Assembly (NCBI GenBank): GCA_010909165.1
Contig: MU008187.1
Coordinates: 438,247-502,246 of the forward strand
Direction: 5' to 3'
DNA from: Anthoceros angustus
Lineage: Eukaryota > Plantae > Anthocerotophyta
DNA: 64,000 bases
Within the stretch, counting starts at the first letter, position 1, and every line of letters starts with the position of its first letter. This document shows, one piece after another, positions 12,891 to 23,341 of the stretch. Below the pieces are notes generated by a model, which was not told the origin of the DNA, did not search any database, and worked only from the letters and a program-made list of their open reading frames with translations. A program made the translations under genes and the position numbers.

Positions 12891-14023
12891 AGCCCGAACT
12901 GAGGTTAGAATAGGAGGAAGAGGATGAGGAGATGAGTAGAGGAATAGAGTGTAGGCGTTAGCGGAAGGCCACAGGCAGAGCCTAAGGGACGAATCCCAAA
13001 TCTGCAAGTAAAAGAGCGCTCCCTGAGTGGAGAAGAGTGGTCTTAGAAGTAGGGACAAAATTGCGGTGTGGATCAGGGGGTCCCTGGGCGCCCGTGATAG
13101 GCTCCTCGCTGCTAAGGCAGGACCTGCAATTGTGTTGTGTCGTTGTAGGTCGGGGATTGGTAGTTTTTCGGAGCAGTGCAAGTGGCGCAGCTGCTGTAAG
13201 AGGGTGAGTAGAGGGCGCCTTGCTTGTTTAGAAGGCTGAGAAGGTGTGTCTCTGCAGGTAGCGATCGGTTATCACAAGGCCTCGAACTTTCACACAAGTC
13301 TCATGGGACGAAACCCAACGCAGGCGACAGTGGACAGTGTGGCCGCTAGAGTGGGAGGATCTCGGGAGCCCCGGGGTTTTCCCTACCACACTAAACCTCA
13401 CCCGAAGTTTATTACTTGGTTCTCGAGGGCGAAGTGATTCGGGCGGCCATTGGCTCCACTCCACCCGCTAGTTTGCAATCTAGTTTTCTCAACTAAGCCT
13501 CGAAGTGTTCGCCACAAGAAGCCGAGAACTTTTGCACAGCGGTGCAGCCGTGGAGCCGAGCATGCTTAACCCGAAGGCTGCCTTTTGCCCCATTTTGGCG
13601 TTTTTGTTATTATGAATTGCTAATTACAAGAAAATATGACCGCAATGTTCTCAACACCACAATTACCGTGATGACCTCCTCTTTCCAACCATATGTTCTA
13701 AAAAAAGCACCACCCCCTCAGTGAACATGCATAAATTTCCATAGCCATTTCGATCCACCCTGGGCACCAGCGTGAGGTGAGCATCTTTCTTTGCCTACCA
13801 TGAACTAAGGTGAACTGTAGATACGTATGTACACAAGAATGTAGGGGATTAGTTTGTGCGCATGACACTGGATCCTAAGAGCCCCGTTGCCAACCTTTCT
13901 TCGAGAAACAGAAGAGCCGAGCCGCACGGTAGAAGAGAGGGGTCTCTTAGTTTCCTTTTGTGCAGTTCCAAATGTGTACCAGTTTTGCCTACTAGAGATT
14001 TTAGAACGTAAAAGTGAACTCAA

Positions 14024-14130
14024 CGTTGTAAATAGTAATAGTTTCTAATTTTACAACGGAGTGTGTTGTAAATGGTAATAGTTTCCGACTTAACAACCGA
14101 GCGCGTTGCAAATAGTAGTTTCCAAAGTCG
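14024..14130. repeat. 40-bp tandem repeat, about 2.7 copies, units with inverted ends
   Basis: cgttgtaaatagtaatagtttctaattttacaacggagtg / tgttgtaaatggtaatagtttccgacttaacaaccgagcg / cgttgcaaatagtagtttcc. Confidence 0.85.
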
Positions 14131-14254
14131 TTTCACACAAACTCACCAGCCCCTGCAGGTGCACAAGGTAGGTGATGCAGGTGCACAAGGCAGGTGAGGC
14201 GGGTGCAATGCATGCAAGATCTTGTCTAATGCACAAAATGTATGTGCGATTGTC

Positions 14255-14950
14255 TACTTTGTTCTGCTTGTAGACATCGTCTTCGCGTCCTTCATGATCC
14301 TCAATCAATCCCAACACTTTGTACAGATTGTACTTCCATGCCATGGTCATCTGTACACCTTCGCGTTTTGCAATCAGCAGCTCATCTCTTAAGTACCGGA
14401 CCTGCTCAATGAAGTTCATCTTCTTCCTTTTGTCCGACATGGTATTGTGATCCGTGGCAAGCACTCGCATTTCTGGGACAGTAAGCCCACAATATACATG
14501 TGCTTCCACATATTGGAACCTCTTCTTCCCTGGTGAGATATCACATAGATGTTTCATAAGTGTGGTTGCCACCAAGAACCCCCATAACGTATTTTTTCGC
14601 CCGCCATCGCTTCCAGTCAAGCTTGAGGTCATCGCACTCACTTGGATCAATCATACATAAGAGTGGCAATACACCCTCCTCTATCCTCCCCTTCGAAATA
14701 ACTCGAGCCAAATAATTGGCCCATGCCTCATCAACCCTTCGAATCTGCGCATCCGGCGTAATGTGCGATGCTGGTCTTAAGTTCTCCAATTTGACCAACA
14801 CTATTTCTACGACAACCTTCTTCGCGTAAGCTGAATCCCTCAGGCGAGAGAGGGGGTCTGCATCCCTGATCGCGTCTTCAGACGTTCATCATCTGTCGAA
14901 ATATGCACAGTTGGAACGGCTCCAACCTGGTCCTCCTATACTGCCATTTT
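14255..14950 (-). pseudogene. ParB/Srx-like N-terminal domain (GGNH motif), frameshifted
   Basis: QIRRVDEAWANYLARVI...VMGVLGGNH (GGNH 14562-14573), then in a shifted frame MKHL...YVEAHVYCGLTVPEMRVLATDHN. This matches the ParB-fold GGNH/GxxR box and the downstream conserved Asn. An in-frame TAG lies near 14938. Confidence 0.7.
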
Positions 14951-14989
14951 CTTCGCTTTCTTTTCTTCCTCCCTGCCTCCGTGCTTCCA

Positions 14990-16864
14990 CTATGTGGTTT
15001 CTTTGTGCCCTCCATGGAATCCAAAGTCGCAGCACGCCTTTGAGCGCCCGCCGGTGGTCATCGCCTCTGCACTAAGGAGGGCGCCGGCCGGCTGGCGCCC
15101 TCCTCCTTCTTCCTCCTGCTCAACCCCTGTCTCGACCCCCATCGCCTCTTCCCCCTCGGGGGATCCAACAACAACACCTCTTCCACTGCGGTCCAGTGGA
15201 AGGGCTCTGGCAGCTGAAGCTCTTCCAGGCGGCCGGCCGGCGCCCCAAACCCCCATCTCCATGTTGAAACTGGATAAACCAGTTGGGATCCGGAGTGGGC
15301 AAGTCCGGACCGGCTCCACCCTTCATCACACCAGGGGCGCCGGCTGGCTGGCGCCCAAGACCCTGTTCTAGACTGTAGGCAATGGTTGGGACAACCATTG
15401 ACGCACCATGCATTGCCAAGCTGGGCAGCATATTTGCATCCCTATGTTCGTCCTGTCCCCCAGAAACTTCTTCATCCGAATGGCCGAGCACGTCTGGAAT
15501 GGGGCCATCTTCCTCATCTGATGGGCCAAGTTCACTCTCTGGGATCCGGGGCTCCGACCGCCTCTTCTTTGATGGGCTGCTCTCACCCTTCTCATTGATA
15601 GCTCCCCTCCGTGATCCACAACTCTCGTAATCTTCCAAATAGCCTCGATGAGGGCCATTCCGACCAACGGTGGCTGGAAAACAGAAGAAGCGAAAGTCAC
15701 GTCAGTCATCAAAGTCTCATGGTTTTGAAAAAGACAGTCATTTGAGACAGCTTACAGTATGTTGGCGCATGCACTCGCGAAACTCTTCGACTAGTGAGCG
15801 AGGTGCACATTTCTTGGCATGGAACCCTCGGAGGCTGAGAACATAAGACCTGTATAGATTAGGGTCCTGGATCACTGCGTTGAACTCATATGGCCTGGTG
15901 GTGCAAAATAACGTAAACTCGGGCTCCCCCTCATTCATATCCATTGTTGCCCAAATTACCCAACCAGCCCTTGCTCTTTGATTGGGCAAAGCCCCCCCTA
16001 TATCCCATTATCCAGAGTTTCAGCAAGGGCGTCCATGCTGCTGTTTCATCTTCTGGATGCGGATCCTGGACGAGCATCCAATCCTTCTGCAAAATGAGAA
16101 CAGGGTCAATCTGGCCACCCAGTCTACGGATGTGCATAGTTTCCTCGTAGCTGAAAGGTGACGGAATTGGGGGTGGCACCGGATGCTTTGAACTTTTTGG
16201 TGCTTCATTCCCCACCCCTTGCCCGCCACCAGCCTTTGTTTGGCTAGTCTTCCCTGAAGACATGCTCCCTGATTTTGCCTCCCTAGCCGAGGCTTTATGC
16301 CCTCCCACACCTCCTGGATGTGCAGAGTGCGCTCCCAGATTGCCTTGCACTCGCCCTGGTGGCGCCCGAACTTCTTCTCCGGTTCGCAGCCGCCGCCTTG
16401 TTTCCACCGATTTCTTACGCCGCTATGGCTGAGATCGGCCCGCCTTTGCCAGTCCTTCTTGCTCCGCCTCCCGCCGCCATCTTTCTTTCCTTCAAAAGAG
16501 TGTATTGCCTTGCACTCGCGAACTAGCAAGAGAAATGCAAGGAAGGGGACACTCTGTTCACATGAAGAGGGCCGAACCTCTCTCGCAAAAACTGCCGATT
16601 GATGCGCGTGTTCGATGGCTTCCGACTGCCTCTCAAAACCTCGGCGACTGTCGCAGATTGCTCAATTCTCTCTCGCGCGTGGCCGCGAAGGGAGGATGCC
16701 TGGAATTCCACTGCAATTGTCTCCAAATCGATGAGCAACACACGCTGTATGCACTCGCCCTCTTTACTTCTCCTGGACTGGAAATACGCCCCACAACGCC
16801 ACACCGTCACGCGAACTAGCAAGAGAAAGAGGGTTGTAATTAGGGTTTCCTCGCCCCCGGGCAT
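14990..16864 (-). pseudogene. Fragmented low-complexity/acidic reading frames upstream of the ParB domain; possible N-terminal exons or a second cargo gene
   Basis: Overlapping minus-strand ORFs (14990-15319, 15120-15638, 15738-15989, 15931-16407, 16020-16529, 16523-16864) include an NLS-like SPSKKRR and acidic tracts. No family recognised. Confidence 0.35.
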
Positions 16865-17364
16865 TTATAGCCCAAAAACTTGCCTGAATTACCTTATGAC
16901 ACCATATTTCGATATGCCCTAATATAAACTCCTCTCTATCTACCGTTGGATATCTGTCACTGATAGTCCATCATGATCTCGTAACTACACAGAAAAATAA
17001 TGTCCTTTATATCTTTGCGATAGGCCTACTAAGGCACACAGCCGCCATTCGCATGCATCTTCCTTGTCCATTCTCCTCGTTACTAAAGTTGTCTTGCGGG
17101 ACGCCTGTAGGCCTGTCTGCCTCTTCCATGTCCACGGCGGGGGTGTTCACATTCGAGGTTCTTCTGAACGACGTGGGCATACAATGTTACGCCTCACCCA
17201 CACTCCGGAAGGAGAAGAGGTTTGAGTTCTTTCCTTCAGCAAGGCTGACTTCCTTTCCCTCGTCGGTCTTGTTTTCGGATTCTAAGTTAAGTTATTTTTC
17301 GATTCTGGATTCATCGGCTTTCAGGATAATCTCTGGGCACAACACAAGCCTTCCCAATGTCTGA

Positions 17365-20300
17365 GTGCTTCACATAAAAAGAGAAGGGAAGAGGCTAGCT
17401 GTACAGGCCGCCACATCACCGTCATCTGCCGCAACCCGTCGTGTGCATTTTGCCATTGCAGAAGAACGTAGGGATGATGAAGGTTCGATTTGTTCCCTTC
17501 AGATTGGTAGTGATGATGCTCGTTGTGAAAATCCATATGGTGTGATCCCTGTTGAATATTCTGATATTGCTGTTGCAGACAGTAGACGAAGACGTCGACA
17601 TTTGGCATCGCCAAATGTCCCGCGGGGTGTTCCTCCAACACCTAGGAATTTGCATCGTTATGCTGCTTTGGAGGGAAGCCCATCCAAACGCCGTTCTCAG
17701 TCTCTTCCCAATGTCAGTGACGTTCCCCCGGGAGATAGACCGCTGGTTCCACGCCGTGGCTTGTTTCATGAGGATAATGTAGCTCGCCTGCACTCACCGG
17801 ATGATGAAGGGCCCATTGGGGACGACGAGGATTCGGTCCACTTCAAGACACCTGCTGCATGTCGTTCCTTCCATCCGAAGCCTCTGAGTGAGACTTTGAA
17901 GGCCCCGACAACCGCAAATACTTTCACGCCGAGACGCGAACTGGAGTGTCGTTGAGAAAAGTGAAGGGAGACAATGCTTGATTTCAAGAAGCCTTGTTGC
18001 AACAACATGTGTCTGCTGAAGCTGACCAAAGAGCGATTTCAGGAGCAGCGATACCGCTTTCTTCGGATGGGGAGGCAGGAACAGGAGACATTTCTTCAGT
18101 CCCTTGTTCAGTCGGATGGAGTGCATGGTGATAGAAGGAAAGCGGTCACACATGTCATGGGAGCGACTCCTATGCGCTGCTGCTTGAAGGCCTTCAAAAG
18201 AGTGTATTGCCTTGGGCACATGAGGTATGAGGAGCTAAAGAGCAGAGTCATTCTGGAATCACCTTGGGATGGATTCGGACCAAACCCGAAGGCACAATCT
18301 ACTTATGCGCTTGATGCCATTTCTTGGATGGACAATGCTTTTACGTTTATGGCCGAGCGGCTTCCAAATTTGGAAGTTTTCAATCTACCCGACACGTATA
18401 CGAAGTTGGAAATATGGACCTTGTACAAGCGTCAGTGCGAAAGCTCTAGCATACGCTATGTGAAGTATCCATGGTTCTTAAAACCGTGGAGAAGCAACTT
18501 CCCAAGAGTGAAAATCCCGAAGTCCAACAAATTTTCAACATGCTCGCTTTGTGCAGGTCTGAAGAGCACTATAAGGAATACAAAGCACAAGCAAGATCAA
18601 GGTAAATTGAACCAATGTGTCCTCCATTGGCTTGTTCCTCTGGTGAATTCCCTGGCTATCATCATGCACCGGATGTTCCCCTCTTGTGTCTCCTTCTGTC
18701 ATAATGGTTGCATGTACTGGCATGTTGCAATACTTACCATGGATTGGGTTTCCCACAAAGGCCACGCTAGAGCGCCGGCCGCCTCTTCTAGAGGCTGCCC
18801 CTCTCGGAAAGCGGGAGGCGCCGGCGCTGCTGAACTCTGATGATGATTGGAGCCTCCCAAATCATCCGGTGAAGAAGGGGAAGGCGCCGGCCCCCTCCCA
18901 CTATCTGTTGCATGATGATTTTTTCGAAAAAAGCTTTTATAGGTTAGATGCTTCTCTGTCTGGCCGAGATTGGGCGGTCTATTTTATTGCTGATTATGAC
19001 GTTTGTATGTGGCACAGAGAAATTTTAGGTTGCTTTGGAAGCACATCGTGTGCGGCTCCACCGAGGCAGAAAATGGCTAAACACGGGGCAAGAGCTATGT
19101 GGAGCCACATAAGTATATCTTGCTCTCAATTGATGGAATGGACCAAAAAAGAGATACCTCATCTTCTCCGGTGGCGAAAAACCTCGTAGAGAGGTAGATA
19201 TTCATCCACGTGGTTGGGTGCATGCTTCACAACTACACAAAGCTAGAGCCTATTTGCATTATGCGAATTTGCGGAACGACGCGAATCTTACGATCAGCAT
19301 CATTCAGGACGTTATACATAATTACGAGGGTGTCCTGCCAAGAGTTTTGTATTTGCAGTTGGACAACACATGCAGGGAGAACAAGAACCAGCTGCTTTTT
19401 GCATATCTGAACATGCTTGTTGATATGGGTACTTTTGAAAAAGTGAAAGTGGGATTCCTTTTGGTCGGGCATACTCATGATCAAATCGACCAGATGTTTT
19501 CTTGCTTCTCCAAAAGCTTGAAACATAAAAAGCTCACACCCTTCCGCATTGTCGAGATCTTGATGCAAGCGTACACTCCAACACGGTCAAGTATTGGTAA
19601 GTGGCGACTTAGGTCATATGTGTGGCCCATTACACAAGGCCAGAGAGGACTCAGTTATGGGGCGGCAGTAAAGAAACTGAACAACCTATCGTTCCAGCAC
19701 CAGTTTAAAATAACACGTGAAGAGAAAGCGGACCGTGGGTTTGTGACAGTTATCAGGAGCAAGCAGTACTCGACCTCGCCTCAGTGGGAAACAGAAGGGG
19801 GTTTGGAGTTTTTGAAATTTGTGCCTTCGGACACTATAACAGTTGCGCCCTTGACTGCACTGCGGTCGAGGGATAAAAAGGAAGCCCGGTACTATTATCT
19901 CCAAGCTGCGGCCGTTGCTCATCTAAAGGACGGTCTTTGAACTTAGGCCTTATGTGACATCAAGGAGTTTTATGGTGGGAAGCTTTACGGGTGGACCAAG
20001 AGGAAATTGCTGTTATTGTGGAAAACAACATTGGCCTTGTGCTACACAAACCTTGGAGGTGGTACTCGGATCGAAGTGGAAGGCAACCTCTGCATGTTCG
20101 GATGAAGCACTCTTTGGAGGAGGCATTCTTGAGGAGCTCCCACAACGAGATATGTATTTGGGAGCATACCAAAACCGAGGGAGGCAACAACAAGAAATGT
20201 CACGGTTGAATGGTGATATCGCGAAATAAAGGAATGTTAGTTGCGTTCCAGCGGACAGAACGCAAAATAGACCCTTTTGGATTGGGAAGGTGACTTGTGT

Positions 20301-22207
20301 TAAACTACATGCACCACCTCACTTCCTTGTTCATTAGTACAGGCGAACACACGATGCGTATGAAGGAGTGCGTGGAAGAATATTTAATCGGAGGGATGGC
20401 AAGGAGCCTAGGAGTAACGGGGAGAGGCGAAGGCTATCCATCAAAGAATATCCAACAAGTTTTTGTTCACCAAGCGGTCATCCTCTATTATGGGTTCAGC
20501 TTGACTACGCGGAAACATTTGTATGTGGCATGAGAAATTTTAGGTTGCTTTGGAAGCACATCGTGCGGCTCCACCAGAACGGAAAATGGCTAAACGAGCA
20601 AGAGCTATGTGGAGCCACATAAGTATATGCTCATCAATTGATGGAATGGACCAAAAAGACAGAGATTCCTCATCTTCTCCGGTGGCGAAAAACCTCGAGA
20701 GGAGTGTCGATTTCACCACGTGGTTGGGTGCATGATTCACAACTACGCAAAGCTAGAGCCTATTTGCATTATGCCAATTTGAACGACGTGAATCTTACGA
20801 TCACCATTATTCGGGCGTTATACATAATTACGAGGGTGTCCTGCCAAGAGTTTTGTATTTGCGGTTGGACAACACATGCAGGAGAATAAGAACCACCGCT
20901 TTTGCATATCTGAACATGCTTGTTGATATGGGTACTTTTGAAAAAGTGAAAGTGGGATTCCTTTTGGTCGGGCATACTCATGATCAAATCGACCAGATGT
21001 TTTCTTGCTTCTCCAAAAGCTTGAGACATAAAGAAGCTCACACCCTTCCCGCATTGTCAGAGATCTTGATGCAAGCGTACACTCCAACACCAGAGGTAAA
21101 GATATTGACTGAAGTGGCAGACTTCCGGTCATATGTGTGGCCTATTACACAAGGCCAGAGAGGACTCACTTATGGGGCGGCAGTAAAGAGATTGAACAAC
21201 TTATCGTTCCAGCACCAGTTTAAAATAACACGTGAAGAGAAAGCGGACCGTGGGTTTGTGACAGTTATAAGGAGCAAGCAATACCGCCTGGGGAAACCAA
21301 GGGGTTTGAGTTTTGAAATTTGTGCCTTGGACACTATAATATACCGATCTGACCGCCCAAGGGATAAAAAGGAAGCCAGTACTATTATCACCAACAGCTG
21401 CTCATCTAAAGGACGGTCTTCGAACTTAGGCCTTATGTGACATCAAGTGAGTTTTATGGTGGGAAGCTCGGGACCAAGAGGAAATTGTCATATTGTGGAA
21501 AACAACATTGGCCTTGTGCTACACAAACCTTGGAGGTGGTACTCGGATCGAAGTGGAAGGCACCCCAACCTCTGCATGTTCCTGATGAAGCACTACTGGA
21601 GGAGGCATTGCCGAGGAGCTCCCACAACGAGATATGTATTTGGGAGCATACCAAAACCGAGGGAGGCAACAACAAGAAATGTCACTATTGAATGGTGATA
21701 TCGCAAAATAAATGTGGATGTTAGTTGCGCTCCACGTACACGCAAAATAGACCCTTTTGGATTGGGAAGGTGACTGGTGTTAAACTACATGCACCACTGC
21801 CTCACTTCCTTGTTCATTGGTACAGAACTAACACAGATGCGTATGAAGGGAGGTACGTGGAAGAATATTTAATCAGAGGGGATGGCAAGGAGCCTAGGAG
21901 TAACCCGGGGAGAAGGGGGGCGAAGGCTATCCATCGAAAGAATATCCAACAAGTTTTTGTTCACCAAACGGTCATCCTCTATTATGGGTTCAGCTTGACT
22001 ACGCGGAAACATTTGTACGCTGTGGATAAGAAGGCAATCAAGGATAAGTTAATTGAATTGCGAGGCTTTATTCAACCAGCGAGTCAAAGTGCAACCGAGG
22101 ACAGTGAAGATGATGGTCATGATGCCGGGCCCAACGAAGATGATGGCGTGAGCCCAAGAGTAGGAAACACTCTGAATGTTGGGTCATCTTCGACGGGCAA
22201 TTGGTGA
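17365..22207 (+). pseudogene. DDD/E transposase (DUF7869/Sola-like) with Cys-rich N-terminal region, a probable intron (~18602-19017) and a C-terminal Tudor/BAH-like segment; frameshifted and partly duplicated
   Basis: KPCCNNMC and WRSNFPRVKIPKSNKFSTCSLC are followed by RNase H-fold catalytic-type motifs SIDGMDQK (19132 and 20640), LYLQLDNTCRENKN (~19350) and FLLVGHTHDQIDQMFS (~19460 and ~20960). Confidence 0.85.
19002..22016. repeat. Direct tandem duplication of ~1.5 kb of the transposase (19002-20517 and 20518-~22016)
   Basis: The two units are collinear and highly similar with different small indels. The junction lies in the microhomology TTTGTA(T/C)G. Confidence 0.93.
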
Positions 22208-22531
22208 GGTTATGCGTCAAGCTCCATTCCTGTAGTTTGGAGTGCACATTTCCACTGGCAATACAAATTTCTGAAAAGTGTCTACGCCCATGATAGGATT
22301 TTGGTTGTGGTTGTCTTCTGTGAGCCGTTGTAGACTTGACATAGTTAATATCTTCCAATGTTCAAGAGTTTTTCCATTACATTCGGAAGGACATGTGGAG
22401 AGTGTGGCCATAGGGCCGCGCTCGGCATTGCGGCATAATGAAAGGCAACACACGATGAGCAGTGCCGGCATGTTTCTATGTGCGACATGTCGGCGGGAAC
22501 TAGTTGCCGCACACTTTTTTAAGTTCATCGA

Positions 22532-23341
22532 TTGCAGTCTGGGGGACTGAAGCATGTGAACAATTTGCGGGCACAATTGAGACTGTGCGGAAGCCATCCC
22601 CCCACCCCAATCCTAAAGTCTATTTGTAAACAAATCCCACTAAAGGCCTGCTACTCTCCGCTATTCGCAAGGCATCATCATGAGAGAGGGACGCCGCCGC
22701 CGCCCCTCCTCTCGACACCTTTGGTACCGCCGGCGTAGTCATTGTCATCCAAATCTGATCACCGTTCTTTTTTGGAGTTTTTAGTGTTGTTGAACGAGAA
22801 AGCCAGGCAGTTACCGGCAGCAATGGCCCTTGTCATGGGTCTTAAATATGCCCCAAATGAGGTTAACTCTTATACCGTAACCCTTCGTGGGCATGAAATG
22901 GATCTTAAATCATTGGTTCATACCAATTGTCACCCTTCTTTTCTGCCTTAAATTGACCCATACCCCAAAAACCACGAGTTCAATACCCATGTGAAACCCC
23001 CTTCAGAAGATATATGTCACAAAACCCTCTTCGTGAATATTCACCCCCTTCGAAAGATATCATGTTTAGTAAAGAATGATCAGCAGGCGCTGGAAACTCT
23101 ACATGCGGATAAAACTGATTGGCAAGTCGAACAGCCTTTAGCAGCAAGAAAATTGGGTAGTCTGCAGGAGTCTGCCATAATTGACAAGTCGGACAAGCTT
23201 CTCCAACTGCAATTGGAAATCCTACACAAAAATGCAATTGGCAAAACGGAACTCAAACAACCTTCAGCTTCAACAATTAGAGACAGTAGGAGATCCTGCA
23301 CAAAAACGTGGCAGAGTAGCCTTGCTGCTACAATCCACTGA
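22532..23341 (+). pseudogene. Decayed reading frame of unknown function (about 270 codons, two internal stops)
   Basis: ORFs 22532-22738, 22742-22951 and 22991-23341 are all in the same frame and separated only by single stops. Confidence 0.4.

Larger units (their letters stand above)
10820..23341. mobile_element. Putative large DNA transposon: DDD/E transposase plus ParB-methyltransferase cargo; ends not resolved
   Basis: No host housekeeping gene lies between the TFIIIC-like start and the polygalacturonase 3' end. The interval holds a transposase (+), a ParB/MTase gene (-), recurring GC palindromes, internal duplications and disrupted ORFs. No TIR or TSD was found by eye, so the boundaries are approximate. 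Confidence 0.65.

Noticed and set aside
10961-14950. Bacterial or phage contamination as the source of the ParB-MTase
   Set aside because: It has apparent spliceosomal introns, long low-complexity regions and no operon structure, and it is contiguous with plant genes.
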